64,000 bases of DNA, taken from Acidobacteriota bacterium (lineage in GTDB: Bacteria > Acidobacteriota > UBA6911 > RPQK01 > JAJDTT01). The stretch covers positions 3,264,001 to 3,328,000 of the forward strand of contig OZ242374.1 of the NCBI GenBank assembly GCA_965209055.1, given 5' to 3'. The notes under the pieces are model-generated. The model made no database searches. It was given only the letters and a program-made list of their open reading frames with translations, and was not told the origin of the DNA. A program made the position numbers and the translations under genes. This document shows positions 19,414-29,104 of the stretch, piece after piece. The stretch's first letter is position 1, and the number at the start of each line of letters is the position of its first letter.

Positions 19414-21020
19414 GGAACCGAAATGGTCTGCAGGGAATCGTATTCGTTCTGGCCGCGGCTGCGGCAGCGTGCGGCCCGGGGAGCGGAAACTTGATTCTGG
19501 AATCGGAGCAACAGTGGGCGGATGCGGTCCGGACCACGACCGGGACCGTAGCGGGGCCCGATGGTCTGACGCTGGAAGGCGGAGGCGAGGGCCACTGGAT
19601 CGGGGCCTGGCAGGAGGGACAGGGAGATACCGGCCCGGTTCAGGTGACGGTCCGGTCCCGGCTGGAACTGTTCCGGGACAAGACCATCGAAGTCGTGGTG
19701 GACGGCTCCGAGGAACCCTATACCGGCAGCGACGGAGTTCCTCACGACTGGTACGGCCGTTCCATGATCGCCATTCTGGATGAGAACCGTTGGGTCATGG
19801 CGCTGCGCTCGGGACTGAATCACATCGACTGGAGGGGCCAGGACGCCATCCACATTCTGACGTCCCCGGACGAGGGACGGACCTGGGGCGGGCTGGACCT
19901 CTGGTTCGACGGCACCCCCATCTCGGGGATGCCCTTCGACGACGGCTACACCCACAGCGAGCCGGGGCTCTACCGCATGCCCAGCGGCGACCTCATCCTC
20001 CAGTTCTGGCGGACCTCCTACAGCTCCGGGACCCGTCAGCTCCGCTCCCGCGACGGCGGCAAGACCTGGGTTCCGGACCACGACCGAATCAACGTCCAAG
20101 GGGTCACGGGGGCGCCCGGAGATCTGGTCCTCGGTACCGAAGACTGGTTCGTGGACCCGGAGAATCCCACCCATGTCTACATGGCGTTCCAGTATTTCCA
20201 CCACGAGGCGCAGGCGGGGACTCTGCTGGCCCGCTCCACCGACGACGGCCGGAGCTATGAGTTCCTGAGCTGGATCGGTCCACTGGCCAGCGAGAAGGAC
20301 CCGCACGGCGGCGCCACCTTCGAGCCGGCCATCGAGTACGTGGGCAATCGCACTATCGTCGCCGTGCTGCGGGACGGGGCCGGGAACCGGCACACCTGGC
20401 AGACGGTGAGCACCGACATGGGCGCCACCTTCGCCCCGCTGGAGGAGATCTCTCCCAAGGTGGACGGCGGGGTGGAAGGGGGCCTCTGGCAGCGGGCGCG
20501 GATCTACAAGGCGAGCAATCCGCGGTTCCAGCATGGGAACGTGCTGGACTTCGTCGCCGGAGAAGGGCGACTCTGGGGCATGGGGCTCCACAGCATCGGC
20601 GGGGGCTACACGCGCAAGCCGGTGGTCTACTGGTCCGACGACGACGGCTCCACCTGGCAGGGACCCGAGCTGCTGCACGGTCCCATGCGTCCGGGAACCG
20701 ACACCGGTTACGGCGACCTGAAGCGGCGGGTGGACGGGACCTTCGTGGCCGTGGCCTACTATGCGACCCGGGACTCCAAGGTGTCGGACCTGGAGCAGTA
20801 TACGTTCGGAGGACGCCGGGCGCTGTTCCGGCTGGAGGAGGACGCCGACGGTGACGGCGAAGCGGACGGGGGATCGAGCTGGCGGGAGATCCACGGCGGC
20901 GTCGAAAGCTACACTGTCCCGTTGACGGGAGCCCGCTGGAGATTGAACATACGTCTCTCGAACATTGGGGATGGTCCGGGCCCCGGAATCGAGTCCATCC
21001 GGATCGCGCCGTCGCAGTAG
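19410..21020 (+). CDS. BNR/Asp-box (sialidase-like) lipoprotein
   Basis: GTG start, lipobox AAAC, Asp-boxes SPDEGRTW, SRDGGKTW, STDDGRSY, STDMGATF, SDDDGSTW. Confidence 0.8.
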   Translation: MRNRNGLQGIVFVLAAAAAACGPGSGNLILESEQQWADAVRTTTGTVAGPDGLTLEGGGEGHWIGAWQEGQGDTGPVQVTVRSRLELFRDKTIEVVVDGSEEPYTGSDGVPHDWYGRSMIAILDENRWVMALRSGLNHIDWRGQDAIHILTSPDEGRTWGGLDLWFDGTPISGMPFDDGYTHSEPGLYRMPSGDLILQFWRTSYSSGTRQLRSRDGGKTWVPDHDRINVQGVTGAPGDLVLGTEDWFVDPENPTHVYMAFQYFHHEAQAGTLLARSTDDGRSYEFLSWIGPLASEKDPHGGATFEPAIEYVGNRTIVAVLRDGAGNRHTWQTVSTDMGATFAPLEEISPKVDGGVEGGLWQRARIYKASNPRFQHGNVLDFVAGEGRLWGMGLHSIGGGYTRKPVVYWSDDDGSTWQGPELLHGPMRPGTDTGYGDLKRRVDGTFVAVAYYATRDSKVSDLEQYTFGGRRALFRLEEDADGDGEADGGSSWREIHGGVESYTVPLTGARWRLNIRLSNIGDGPGPGIESIRIAPSQ

Positions 21021-21042
21021 CAGGATAAGGAAGGTTGACCTG

Positions 21043-22665
21043 ATGCAACTTCATTTCGCGGATCACGTGGTGCTGGTCGCCTATCTGGCGGCCATGATGT
21101 TTCTGGGCTGGCGGCTCGCCAGGGGGCAGAAGACCGAAGAAGAGTACTTCCTGGGCGGGCGGCGCCTCCCCTGGTTCGCCGTCGGAGTCAGCATCATCGC
21201 GTCGCTCCTCTCCAGCATCACCTATCTGGCGAGTCCCGGCATCGTCTGGCGATTCGGCTTCGGCGCCTTCGTGAGCAACCTGGTGGCCATTCCCATCGAC
21301 ATCGTCCTGATCCTGCTGCTGGCCATCCCCTTCTTCGTCCGCTTCAAGTTCACCACCGCCTACGAATACCTGGAGCACCGGTACGACCTCTCGGTGCGCC
21401 TGCTGGGCGCCACCATGTTCCTCATCTTCGTCACCGTGCTCATGGGGGTGATCGTGCTGGTCTCCTCACGTGCGCTGGCGGTGGCCACGGGGCTGCCCCT
21501 GGTGGTGGTCATCGGGGTGATCGGAGTCGTCGCCACCGTGTACACCATGATGGGAGGGATCCGGGCCGTGGTCTGGACCGACGTGATTCAGGCGGCTCTC
21601 CTGGTGGGAGGAGGGCTGTTCGCCATCGGCTACGTGGCCTATACCACCGGTTCGGGACCGCTGGACTGGTACCACGTGGTGAGCGCCCGGGACAACGAGA
21701 GCTTCACCTTCTTTTCCCCCGACCCCACCCAGGCCGGCACGGTGGTGACCATGACCCTCTCGGCGGTGATCTGGACGCTGACCGCCCATTGCGCCAACCA
21801 GATGACCCTGCAGCGCTACTTCAGCACCGTGGACGTCCGGGCCGCCAAGCGCAGCTTCGTCACCAGTATCGTGGTCAGCATCACGATTTCCTTCCTTCTG
21901 GCCGTCATCGGCGCCTCCCTGGTCTACTACTACACGCAGGGTCCGGCAGTCCTCCCCGAGCATTTCGACCTGGCCAGCGGCAAGGATCGGGACGCCATCT
22001 TCCCCTTCTTCGTGGCTTCCAGGATTCCGCCGGGACTGGCCGGGGCCATCTTCGCCGCCCTTCTGGCGGCGGCCATGTCCACCATCGACTCGGGGGTCAA
22101 TTCGTGGGCCACCGTGGCCACCGTGGACTTCGGCCGGCTCCGGAAGAAGCCGTCCACCGGAAACCGTGTCTTCCAGGCCCGGGTCATCACCCTGATCGTG
22201 GGGTTGGTGGTGACCGTATCGGCCATCTACCTGGACGGAGTCACGGGAATGGACGACATCCTCACCATACTGCCCAAGACCTTCAACTCCCTGGTGGGGT
22301 CGATGGGAGCGCTGTTCCTGGCGGGGATGCTATTCCCGCGGGTGAGCAGCCGCGCCGTCTGGCCGGCGGCGTTCATCGGCTTGGCGGTGGCTCTGGGAGT
22401 GGCCTATTCGCGCGACCTGCTGCAGCTCATGGACCCCTCCACACACCAGGCCATGGCCGGCGTTCTGGGTGCGGACTTCACCCAGCGGCTGGTGGAGAAG
22501 GGGATGGGATTCACCTGGATCATCCTCTTGTCGGCCATCGCCGCCCTGGGTTCCGCGTGGCTGCTGAGCTTCGTCTTTCCGAATCGGGACCTGGACCGGA
22601 TCAAGGGCCTGACCTGGGCCACGCGCCACGAGCCCTCGCCGTTTACGCGAAAGAAGCTGGTGTGA
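21043..22665 (+). CDS. Sodium:solute symporter (SSS family)
   Basis: EYFLGGRRLPW, TAYEYLE.R, GGIRAVVWTD, QRYF, AAAMSTIDSG. Confidence 0.93.
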   Translation: MQLHFADHVVLVAYLAAMMFLGWRLARGQKTEEEYFLGGRRLPWFAVGVSIIASLLSSITYLASPGIVWRFGFGAFVSNLVAIPIDIVLILLLAIPFFVRFKFTTAYEYLEHRYDLSVRLLGATMFLIFVTVLMGVIVLVSSRALAVATGLPLVVVIGVIGVVATVYTMMGGIRAVVWTDVIQAALLVGGGLFAIGYVAYTTGSGPLDWYHVVSARDNESFTFFSPDPTQAGTVVTMTLSAVIWTLTAHCANQMTLQRYFSTVDVRAAKRSFVTSIVVSITISFLLAVIGASLVYYYTQGPAVLPEHFDLASGKDRDAIFPFFVASRIPPGLAGAIFAALLAAAMSTIDSGVNSWATVATVDFGRLRKKPSTGNRVFQARVITLIVGLVVTVSAIYLDGVTGMDDILTILPKTFNSLVGSMGALFLAGMLFPRVSSRAVWPAAFIGLAVALGVAYSRDLLQLMDPSTHQAMAGVLGADFTQRLVEKGMGFTWIILLSAIAALGSAWLLSFVFPNRDLDRIKGLTWATRHEPSPFTRKKLV

Positions 22666-22681
22666 GGGATCCGAATACTAG

Positions 22682-22839
22682 GAGTCTGCGCCGTAGAAAT
22701 GATCGTAGCGAGAAAGTGGAGAATCGAGGACAGATTTTCACGATTTTGAGGTGCATAGTTGTTCTATTCGCCGAGAAATCGGGGAAATATGGACCGATTC
22801 GCCGCTTTCGCAGTAGATTGATTTCTGCGGCGCAGGCTC
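22682..22839. mobile_element. MITE / non-autonomous IS derivative, 158 bp
   Basis: 19-bp terminal inverted repeats (17/19 match: GAGTCTGCGCCGTAGAAAT vs GAGCCTGCGCCGCAGAAAT) flanked by CTAG on both sides (22678-22681, 22840-22843). Confidence 0.75.
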
Positions 22840-23130
22840 CTAGTGAATGAAACTTTCGGGCCACTTCCTGGACGTGTGGAACACGCTCAGAATCTGGACC
22901 TCCTGGTTCTGGATCCGGTACGGCACGATGTACGGGATTCCGGGGATCACCAGTTCGTAGGTGCCGGCCACTCGGCCTATGCGGCCGATCTTGGGATGAT
23001 CTCCGAGGAAATCGGTCATCACACGTATCCGCTGTGCAACCTCGAAGGCTGCCCGACGATTGTCCTCGGCAATTTGGTCTTGGATATCTTCGAGAGCCTT
23101 CGCTGCGGGTTCAGTCCATCGAACACGCAC
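22840..23130 (-). CDS. RelE/ParE family toxin
   Basis: VRWTEPAAKALEDI...HPKIGRIGRVAGTYELVI...PYIVPYRI....VQILSVFHTSRKWP. Confidence 0.9.
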   Translation of the reverse strand: MRVRWTEPAAKALEDIQDQIAEDNRRAAFEVAQRIRVMTDFLGDHPKIGRIGRVAGTYELVIPGIPYIVPYRIQNQEVQILSVFHTSRKWPESFIH

Positions 23131-23132
23131 GA

Positions 23133-23372
23133 TCAGGCATTCTCGTATTTGCCAAATACTCGTTCCATCTCGGCTCTCCCGACAAAACGCCCTTGATCGG
23201 CTGCCTCGATGCCCGCCCGGATACGCACTTCCTGCCACGCGTGCAGCTCGAGAAATTGGCTGATCGCTTCGTTCACCACGTAATTTCGTGACCGGTCCCG
23301 CTGCTTGGCAAGCTCGTCCAGTTTCCGGACGGTCCCGCTATCTGTACGAACGCTGAATGCCTCTGTAGCCAT
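23133..23372 (-). CDS. CopG/RHH antitoxin
   Basis: FSVRTD...KLDELAKQRDRSRNYVVNEAI...I.AGIEAADQGRF; lies directly upstream of the toxin. Confidence 0.88.
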   Translation of the reverse strand: MATEAFSVRTDSGTVRKLDELAKQRDRSRNYVVNEAISQFLELHAWQEVRIRAGIEAADQGRFVGRAEMERVFGKYENA

Positions 23373-23464
23373 GAGTCTGATTCCTTTCAGTTCAATGTGG
23401 TTCACTATGATTACATATTTTTCATCCCCACGGGATGATCGAAATCGGCGCGGCGTTTCCCGTT

Positions 23465-25102
23465 TCAGTAAATCTTGGAGAGCTTGCGGGTCTCGGCGGT
23501 GATCACGTCGACGACGGCCGGCTGACCGTCATTGGTGGCCTGAATCGCCCGTTTCAGGGCCGGCTGCAGGTCCTGGACCGTTTCGACCTTTTCCGCATGG
23601 CAGCCCAGGGCCCGCGCCACGTTGGCGTAGTCCCCGGTCTGGGTCGAGAGCTTGTAGCGCTCGATGGCCACGGGGATGTGGCGGTCATAGCCGCTGAAGA
23701 TGGAATCGTGCTTGATCACGGTGAGAATGGGGATGTTCTCCCGGACCGCCGTCTCCCAGTCCATTCCGGTCATTCCCACGGAGGCGTCCCCCATGACGTT
23801 GACCACCAGCTTGTCCGGATTGGCGATCTTGGCGCCCATGGCCAAGCCCAGGGAAAAGCCCAGTTGCGAGGACTGGCCCCATCCCAGGTAGCTTCGGGGA
23901 GTGTTGGCCTGGTAGAAGACGCTCTGGATGTCCCGTGACGCCCCCGATTCGTGGGTCACGATGGAAGCGTCCGGGTCGATGACCGACCAGAGCTCCCGGA
24001 ACATCCGGTAGCCGTTGACGGGTTGGGAATCATCACTGAAGAGGGACTCGAATTCCTCCAGCCAGGCGCTCCGCCGCCGTGAGAGGGTCTCGACCGTTTG
24101 TTGGCGATGGGCCTCCCGGCCTTTTCCCACCTTGGATTTCAGGACCTCGGCCAGTTGCGCCAGGAACAGCTTGGCGTCGGCCACGACAGGGAGCACCGCC
24201 GGGTATTCCTTGTTGATGTCGGACGGGTCCACGGTGGCGTGGATGATGGCTTTCCCAGGCGGGATCGGCGGCGTGAATGGCGCCACTGTGAGACTGGACC
24301 CTACGGCCAGGATCAGGTCGGAGTCGGCCAGGAAATGCCGCGCCATCAAGGTGACGGAGTAGGCGCCGACGCCGGCCGAGAGCTCATGACGTTCGGGGAA
24401 GCCGCTCTTCCCCTGGAGGGTCGTCATGACGGGGATGCCCAGAATCTCGGCCACCTCCACCAGTTCCCGGCTCGCCTCGGCGTAGAGGACGCCCTGTCCG
24501 GCCCAGATCATGGGACGCTCGGCCCGGAGCAAGCGCTCGGCGGCCTCTTCCACCGCTCCCGGATCGGCCGCCACCCGCATCCGGGGGATCGGCGTGTATT
24601 CCAGGTCGCCCTTGAACTCCGCCTTGCAGGCGTCGTCCAGCACCTCCAGCATCACCGGGCCCGGCCTCCCCGAGCGCAGGGCGGTGAAGGCGTGCCGCAA
24701 TCGGCTCGGCGCCAGCTCGGGCGAGATCACTTTGTTGGCCATCTTGGTGGTGGCCCGGTAGTTGTCGACGCAGTCAAAGGAGGGATGGGTCCCGATCTGG
24801 TCCAGCCCCGCGTGCCCCGGCAGGAAGAGGACGGGGGTGGAATCGGTGAAGGAGTGGGCCACTCCTGCGAATGCGTTCTCGGCGCCGGCGCGGGACTGGA
24901 CGGTGAAGACGCCGATCTGCCGGCCGTTGGTGGACCGGGAGACGCCGTCGGCCATGTTGCCGGCGACCCGCTCCTGCCGCGCGCTGAGGATGCGGACGCC
25001 GGCCCCGGCCAGGGCGTCCAAGAGGTTGGTCAACGGGTAGCAGAAGACCTGCCGGATCCCTTCCAGTTGCAAGATCTTGACGATGGCGTCAGCGCCGTTC
25101 AT
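23465..25102 (-). CDS. Thiamine pyrophosphate-requiring enzyme (acetolactate synthase-like)
   Basis: ARQERVAGNMADG (catalytic Glu), SGRPGPV, GDASVGM TPP motif. Confidence 0.9.
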   Translation of the reverse strand: MNGADAIVKILQLEGIRQVFCYPLTNLLDALAGAGVRILSARQERVAGNMADGVSRSTNGRQIGVFTVQSRAGAENAFAGVAHSFTDSTPVLFLPGHAGLDQIGTHPSFDCVDNYRATTKMANKVISPELAPSRLRHAFTALRSGRPGPVMLEVLDDACKAEFKGDLEYTPIPRMRVAADPGAVEEAAERLLRAERPMIWAGQGVLYAEASRELVEVAEILGIPVMTTLQGKSGFPERHELSAGVGAYSVTLMARHFLADSDLILAVGSSLTVAPFTPPIPPGKAIIHATVDPSDINKEYPAVLPVVADAKLFLAQLAEVLKSKVGKGREAHRQQTVETLSRRRSAWLEEFESLFSDDSQPVNGYRMFRELWSVIDPDASIVTHESGASRDIQSVFYQANTPRSYLGWGQSSQLGFSLGLAMGAKIANPDKLVVNVMGDASVGMTGMDWETAVRENIPILTVIKHDSIFSGYDRHIPVAIERYKLSTQTGDYANVARALGCHAEKVETVQDLQPALKRAIQATNDGQPAVVDVITAETRKLSKIY

Positions 25103-25223
25103 GGGACTCTTCTCCTGTCTTGCGTTTCGTGGTTGGCGAGCCCCGGCATGCTAACACCCATGAGGGAACCGATCTACGGCTGATCATTCAGAATTCGCGC
25201 TGTCAAACCAGGCGGAGCAGCGT

Positions 25224-25703
25224 TCAGGCTCTTCCGGGTACCTCGATGACGACGTAGTCCTCCTCTACCGCCACCGGGTAGGTCTCCAGCGTGTACGGCC
25301 CCGGGCGGAGGCCGCTCATGCCGGGATCGGACGCCGGGTCGCGGGTCTCCGCCGCCAGAGCGGCGCCGCTCTCGACCCGGGCCGGGTAGGTGGCCACCCG
25401 CAGCCGGGCCGGGTCGAACCAGGACTGGCCGGTTTTGACGTCGAACTCCCATCCGTGCCAGGGGCACCGCAGGATCTCCCCTTTCCGCAGGTACTCGAAC
25501 TCGCCGGGAGTCGGCGACGTGGCGAACCCCGTGAGGTGTCCCAAGCAGATCGGGCCGCCCTGATGGGGACAACTGTTGCGAAGGGCGTAGTAACGGCCGT
25601 TCACGTTGAAGACGCCGATGGACCGGACGCCGATCTTCACCAGCTTGCGGGAACCGGGGGGCAGGGCGTCGACGCTGCAGATCAGGTGTCGCTTCACCGG
25701 CAT
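25224..25703 (-). CDS. Rieske [2Fe-2S] ferredoxin
   Basis: CPHQG...CPWHGWEFD. Confidence 0.93.
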   Translation of the reverse strand: MPVKRHLICSVDALPPGSRKLVKIGVRSIGVFNVNGRYYALRNSCPHQGGPICLGHLTGFATSPTPGEFEYLRKGEILRCPWHGWEFDVKTGQSWFDPARLRVATYPARVESGAALAAETRDPASDPGMSGLRPGPYTLETYPVAVEEDYVVIEVPGRA

Positions 25704-25726
25704 TGGCTTTTTCTTCGCTCTGTGGA

Positions 25727-25832
25727 GGGGGCGATTCCCAATCGCCCAATTCTCCGTGCCAATTGGTTACGCGGGAGTCCGGCGGCTAGGAAACCGAGAT
25801 TCCCGTTCGGCGGTTAGGAAACCGCCGCTCCT
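25727..25832. repeat. REP cluster (family A)
   Basis: GGGGCGATTCCCAATCGCCC and inverted CGGCGGTTAGGAAACCGCCGCTCC. Confidence 0.7.
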
Positions 25833-25842
25833 TGGGCCGCCG

Positions 25843-26955
25843 CTATGCCTCTCCGAAATCGTAGAGGCTCCGGGCGTTCTCCGACATGACGCCCCTCCGG
25901 AAGTCCCGGGGCAGACCCGGCGGGATGGCCTGGGCCGGGGAGTCGAAGTCCCAGTGGGGGTAGTCGGTGGCGAAGAGGAGGTGGTCGTCCATGTCCAGTT
26001 GTTCCAGCAATTGCACCAGGTACTCGTGCCGGGGCGGCTCCTCCATGGGTTGGGTGGTCAGCCAGAAATGGCGGCGGATGGTCTCGGACGGCAACCGCTT
26101 CAGGTCGGGAACCTCCTCCTTGAGCCTTCGCCAGGAGCGGTCCAGCCGCCACATGAGGGGAGGCAGCCAGGCGAATCCGCCCTCGATTAGCACCACCTTC
26201 AATCCGGGAAATCTTTCGAACACCCCTTCCGTGACCAGGCTGATCACCTGGGACTGAAAGGCCTGGGGCATGCCGGCGTGGTCCTCGTAGTAGTGGTTCG
26301 GCCATCCTCCGCCGGTCAGGGGCTGGCCCGAGTTTCCTCCGAAGTGGATGCCGAAGGGGAGATCGTGGCGTTCGCAGGCCTCGTAAATCTTCCAGTACTT
26401 GCGCCGGCCCAGCGGCTGTTGGGTGCGGGCGGCCACCAGCACCTGGACATAGCCCGGATGGCCTCCGACGCGGTCGATCTCGGCCGCCGAGAGCTCGCCG
26501 TCTTCATAGGGGATCACGACGGAGGCCCGCAGCCTCGGCTCGGGCTCCAGCCAGGTCTCGATCTGCCAGTCGTTGAGGCCCTGGGAAAAGGCGGCGCCGA
26601 ACGCCAGGTTCTGCTGCCGTCCCGCTCCGATGAGGCAGTTCAGTAGGCCGTATTCCAAGTCCCACTCGTCCAGCAACTGCTCCCGGAGAAAATCCAGGTC
26701 CGAACCGGCGGGCAGACCGGAAGGGGGCCAGGAGTCGTGCCGCGCGGCGTTGGGACTGGCTCGGGGGTACTCGCACCCGACGTGGCCCCGGAGACCGAAC
26801 ATCCGGTGGTGTTTCCGCCAGCGCGGGGGGAGGTACCTGCGTATAGCCTCATCCGAGGGCAGCGCGTTGTGAATGTCGCAGTCGATGACGGCGGTCTTGG
26901 CCCGGCGCCTTCCTCTGGTCATGTTCCGAGTCCGGGGTTCAACGGCGATGGCCAT
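25843..26955 (-). CDS. Amidohydrolase_2 family protein (putative dinuclear oxygenase subunit)
   Basis: IDCDIH, GIHFGG, EGGFAW, ATDYPHWDFD. Confidence 0.88.
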   Translation of the reverse strand: MAIAVEPRTRNMTRGRRRAKTAVIDCDIHNALPSDEAIRRYLPPRWRKHHRMFGLRGHVGCEYPRASPNAARHDSWPPSGLPAGSDLDFLREQLLDEWDLEYGLLNCLIGAGRQQNLAFGAAFSQGLNDWQIETWLEPEPRLRASVVIPYEDGELSAAEIDRVGGHPGYVQVLVAARTQQPLGRRKYWKIYEACERHDLPFGIHFGGNSGQPLTGGGWPNHYYEDHAGMPQAFQSQVISLVTEGVFERFPGLKVVLIEGGFAWLPPLMWRLDRSWRRLKEEVPDLKRLPSETIRRHFWLTTQPMEEPPRHEYLVQLLEQLDMDDHLLFATDYPHWDFDSPAQAIPPGLPRDFRRGVMSENARSLYDFGEA

Positions 26956-26965
26956 GGTTTTCTCC

Positions 26966-28003
26966 TCAAAGACGATAGAACTCGCGGGCGTTCTCAGATC
27001 CGACCCGGTCCCATGGTAAATCGGGAAGCTGGGCCGGAAGGTCTTCCTCCAGGGTGTCATTGTGGCAGTGCGGGTAGTCGGACGAGAACATCAGGAGGTC
27101 CTGTCCGTCCATCTGCTCCAGGATCTCCAGCAGCTGCGGGGACCGGGGGGGCGCGTCCACGGGCTGCAGGGTCAACCGGATGTGTTCCCGGATGTATTCC
27201 GACGGCGGCCGCTTGACCCAGGGGATGTCCCGGCGCAGTCCCCTCCATTCCTTGTCGAGCCGCCACATGAGGGAGGGCACCCAGGTGAAGCCGGCCTCCA
27301 ACAGCGCCACCCGCAGCCCGGGATAGCGGTCGAAGGTCCCTTCGGAAATCAGGCTCAGGACCTGGGACTGGAAGACCTGGGACATGCCGGCGTACTCCTC
27401 CAGATAGGTGGAAGGCCATCCGCAGGGGGTGGGCGGGTTGCCGGAGGAACCGCCGAAGTGGATCCCCACCACCAGGTCGTGGCGGAGGGCCGCCTCGTAG
27501 AGTGGATCGAAGCGGCGGTTTCCATAAGGAGTCCAGGATCGAACCGGCACGATCACCTGCACGAAACCGGGGTGATGCCCCATGCGATCGATCTCCCGGG
27601 CGGCCAGGACCGGGTTCTGGCTCGGCACCACCAGGGAGGCGCGCAGGCGGGTGTCCGCCGTCAGCCAATGTTCCGCCTGCCAGGTGTTGATGGCGGTGGC
27701 CAGCGCCGACGCCAGGTATTCGTTGTGGACGCTCTGAACCCAGTAGTTGCAGTTCAGTATGCCCAGCTCCAGGTCCCAGGCATCCAGGGTCTGGGCGCAG
27801 AGGAATTCGGGGTCAGACCCGGGTGGTCCCCCTGACGGGGGCGTGGTGCCCGGCCGCGCCGGAAGGCCTGTTCCCTCGGGATAGTCGTTTACGTCGGGGC
27901 CCACGAACGCCGATTCGCGGATGTACGCCCGCCAGTGCTCTTCCAGGTAGGGCACCAGCGTTTCCAGGGAGGGAAGCTGGTTGTGGATGTCGCAGTCGAT
28001 CAT
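26966..28003 (-). CDS. Amidohydrolase_2 family protein (paralogous partner subunit)
   Basis: IDCDIH, GIHFGG, EAGFTW, SSDYPHCHND. Confidence 0.88.
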   Translation of the reverse strand: MIDCDIHNQLPSLETLVPYLEEHWRAYIRESAFVGPDVNDYPEGTGLPARPGTTPPSGGPPGSDPEFLCAQTLDAWDLELGILNCNYWVQSVHNEYLASALATAINTWQAEHWLTADTRLRASLVVPSQNPVLAAREIDRMGHHPGFVQVIVPVRSWTPYGNRRFDPLYEAALRHDLVVGIHFGGSSGNPPTPCGWPSTYLEEYAGMSQVFQSQVLSLISEGTFDRYPGLRVALLEAGFTWVPSLMWRLDKEWRGLRRDIPWVKRPPSEYIREHIRLTLQPVDAPPRSPQLLEILEQMDGQDLLMFSSDYPHCHNDTLEEDLPAQLPDLPWDRVGSENAREFYRL

Positions 28004-28020
28004 TTCGACTCCCCGGCCCT

Positions 28021-29010
28021 TCAGCCGGTCTCCAGGGGCTCGGGTTGCCCCGTTCTTAGAGATCGTATCAGAGCGTCCACTCCCAGCGTTCCGTGAAGAG
28101 CGTCCCGGGGCGGACTGCTCACCGGGTGCCGTCCCTCCACAGCGCCCAGAAAATGATCCCGCTGGTCCCGCATCACGTCGTCCCGGTCCACAGAGAGGTT
28201 TTCCACGTACCGCCGTCCGGTTTCCCGGTCGCCGTGTTCCACCATGTTGCGGCTCAGATCCACCCGCACGTAGCCCAGCTCTCCCTGGAACGTATACGTG
28301 CAGCGGTCCGGGTAGGCGACGTAGTCGATGTGCAACTCGGCGACCCGCTCCGATTCATATTCGATTACGGCGCTGAGGAGATTGGGGCGGCTGGTGAAGG
28401 GGAGTCCCTCCACCTGGATGCCCCGGGCGTAGACCGAGACGGGCCGTTCCTTCATGAGCCACCAGAAGGTGTCGAACCCGTAGACGTAGTCCAGGGCTGC
28501 CGAGCCGAAGACGTCGCGCTGGTGCCGGGAGCGGGAGTTCTGCAGCGTATTCAGCGTGGCGACGGAGAAGCGGGCATAGCAGACCCGTCCGATTCGGCCG
28601 TCCCGGATGAGTTTCCGGGCGCGCAGCATCTCCGGCATGAACCTCTGGACGAACCCCACGTTCAGAAGCCGGTCCGTCCGTTGCTGATCCCGGATCATGC
28701 TCCTGGCGCCCACGGAGGAATCGGAGATGGGCTTCTCGCAGAAGACGTGCGCCCCCAATTCCAGGGCGATGCGGGTCAGGGCCGCGTGGGAGCCGGGCGG
28801 AGTGCAGACGAAGACGATGTCCGGCCGGGTCGCAGCGGCCTCTTGGAAGTTGCTCCATTGGCGGGCGCCGGGAACGGCGGTTGCGGCTTCGGACAACCCT
28901 TCGCGCCGACTGTCGCAGACCTCGACGGCGCAACCTTCGACTTCGGCCAGGAGCCGCAGGTGCCGCAATCCGATGGATCCCGCCCCCACCACCAGAACCC
29001 GTTTCATCAC
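28021..29010 (-). CDS. Gfo/Idh/MocA family oxidoreductase
   Basis: VVGAGSIG, CTPP..H, HVFCEKP. Confidence 0.9.
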   Translation of the reverse strand: MMKRVLVVGAGSIGLRHLRLLAEVEGCAVEVCDSRREGLSEAATAVPGARQWSNFQEAAATRPDIVFVCTPPGSHAALTRIALELGAHVFCEKPISDSSVGARSMIRDQQRTDRLLNVGFVQRFMPEMLRARKLIRDGRIGRVCYARFSVATLNTLQNSRSRHQRDVFGSAALDYVYGFDTFWWLMKERPVSVYARGIQVEGLPFTSRPNLLSAVIEYESERVAELHIDYVAYPDRCTYTFQGELGYVRVDLSRNMVEHGDRETGRRYVENLSVDRDDVMRDQRDHFLGAVEGRHPVSSPPRDALHGTLGVDALIRSLRTGQPEPLETG

Positions 29011-29104
29011 GCTAACCGTGCCAGATTCCTACGGAAGAGGGGTAATTGCAAGCCGGAACGTGAGCCAATCCGCACGGTTTCACCGAATACCCGAGGCGGC
29101 CGGA

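Noticed and set aside
23391-23420. Operator for the RHH antitoxin (GTTCA repeats, ATGT...ACAT)
   Set aside because: Symmetry is too imperfect to support a call.
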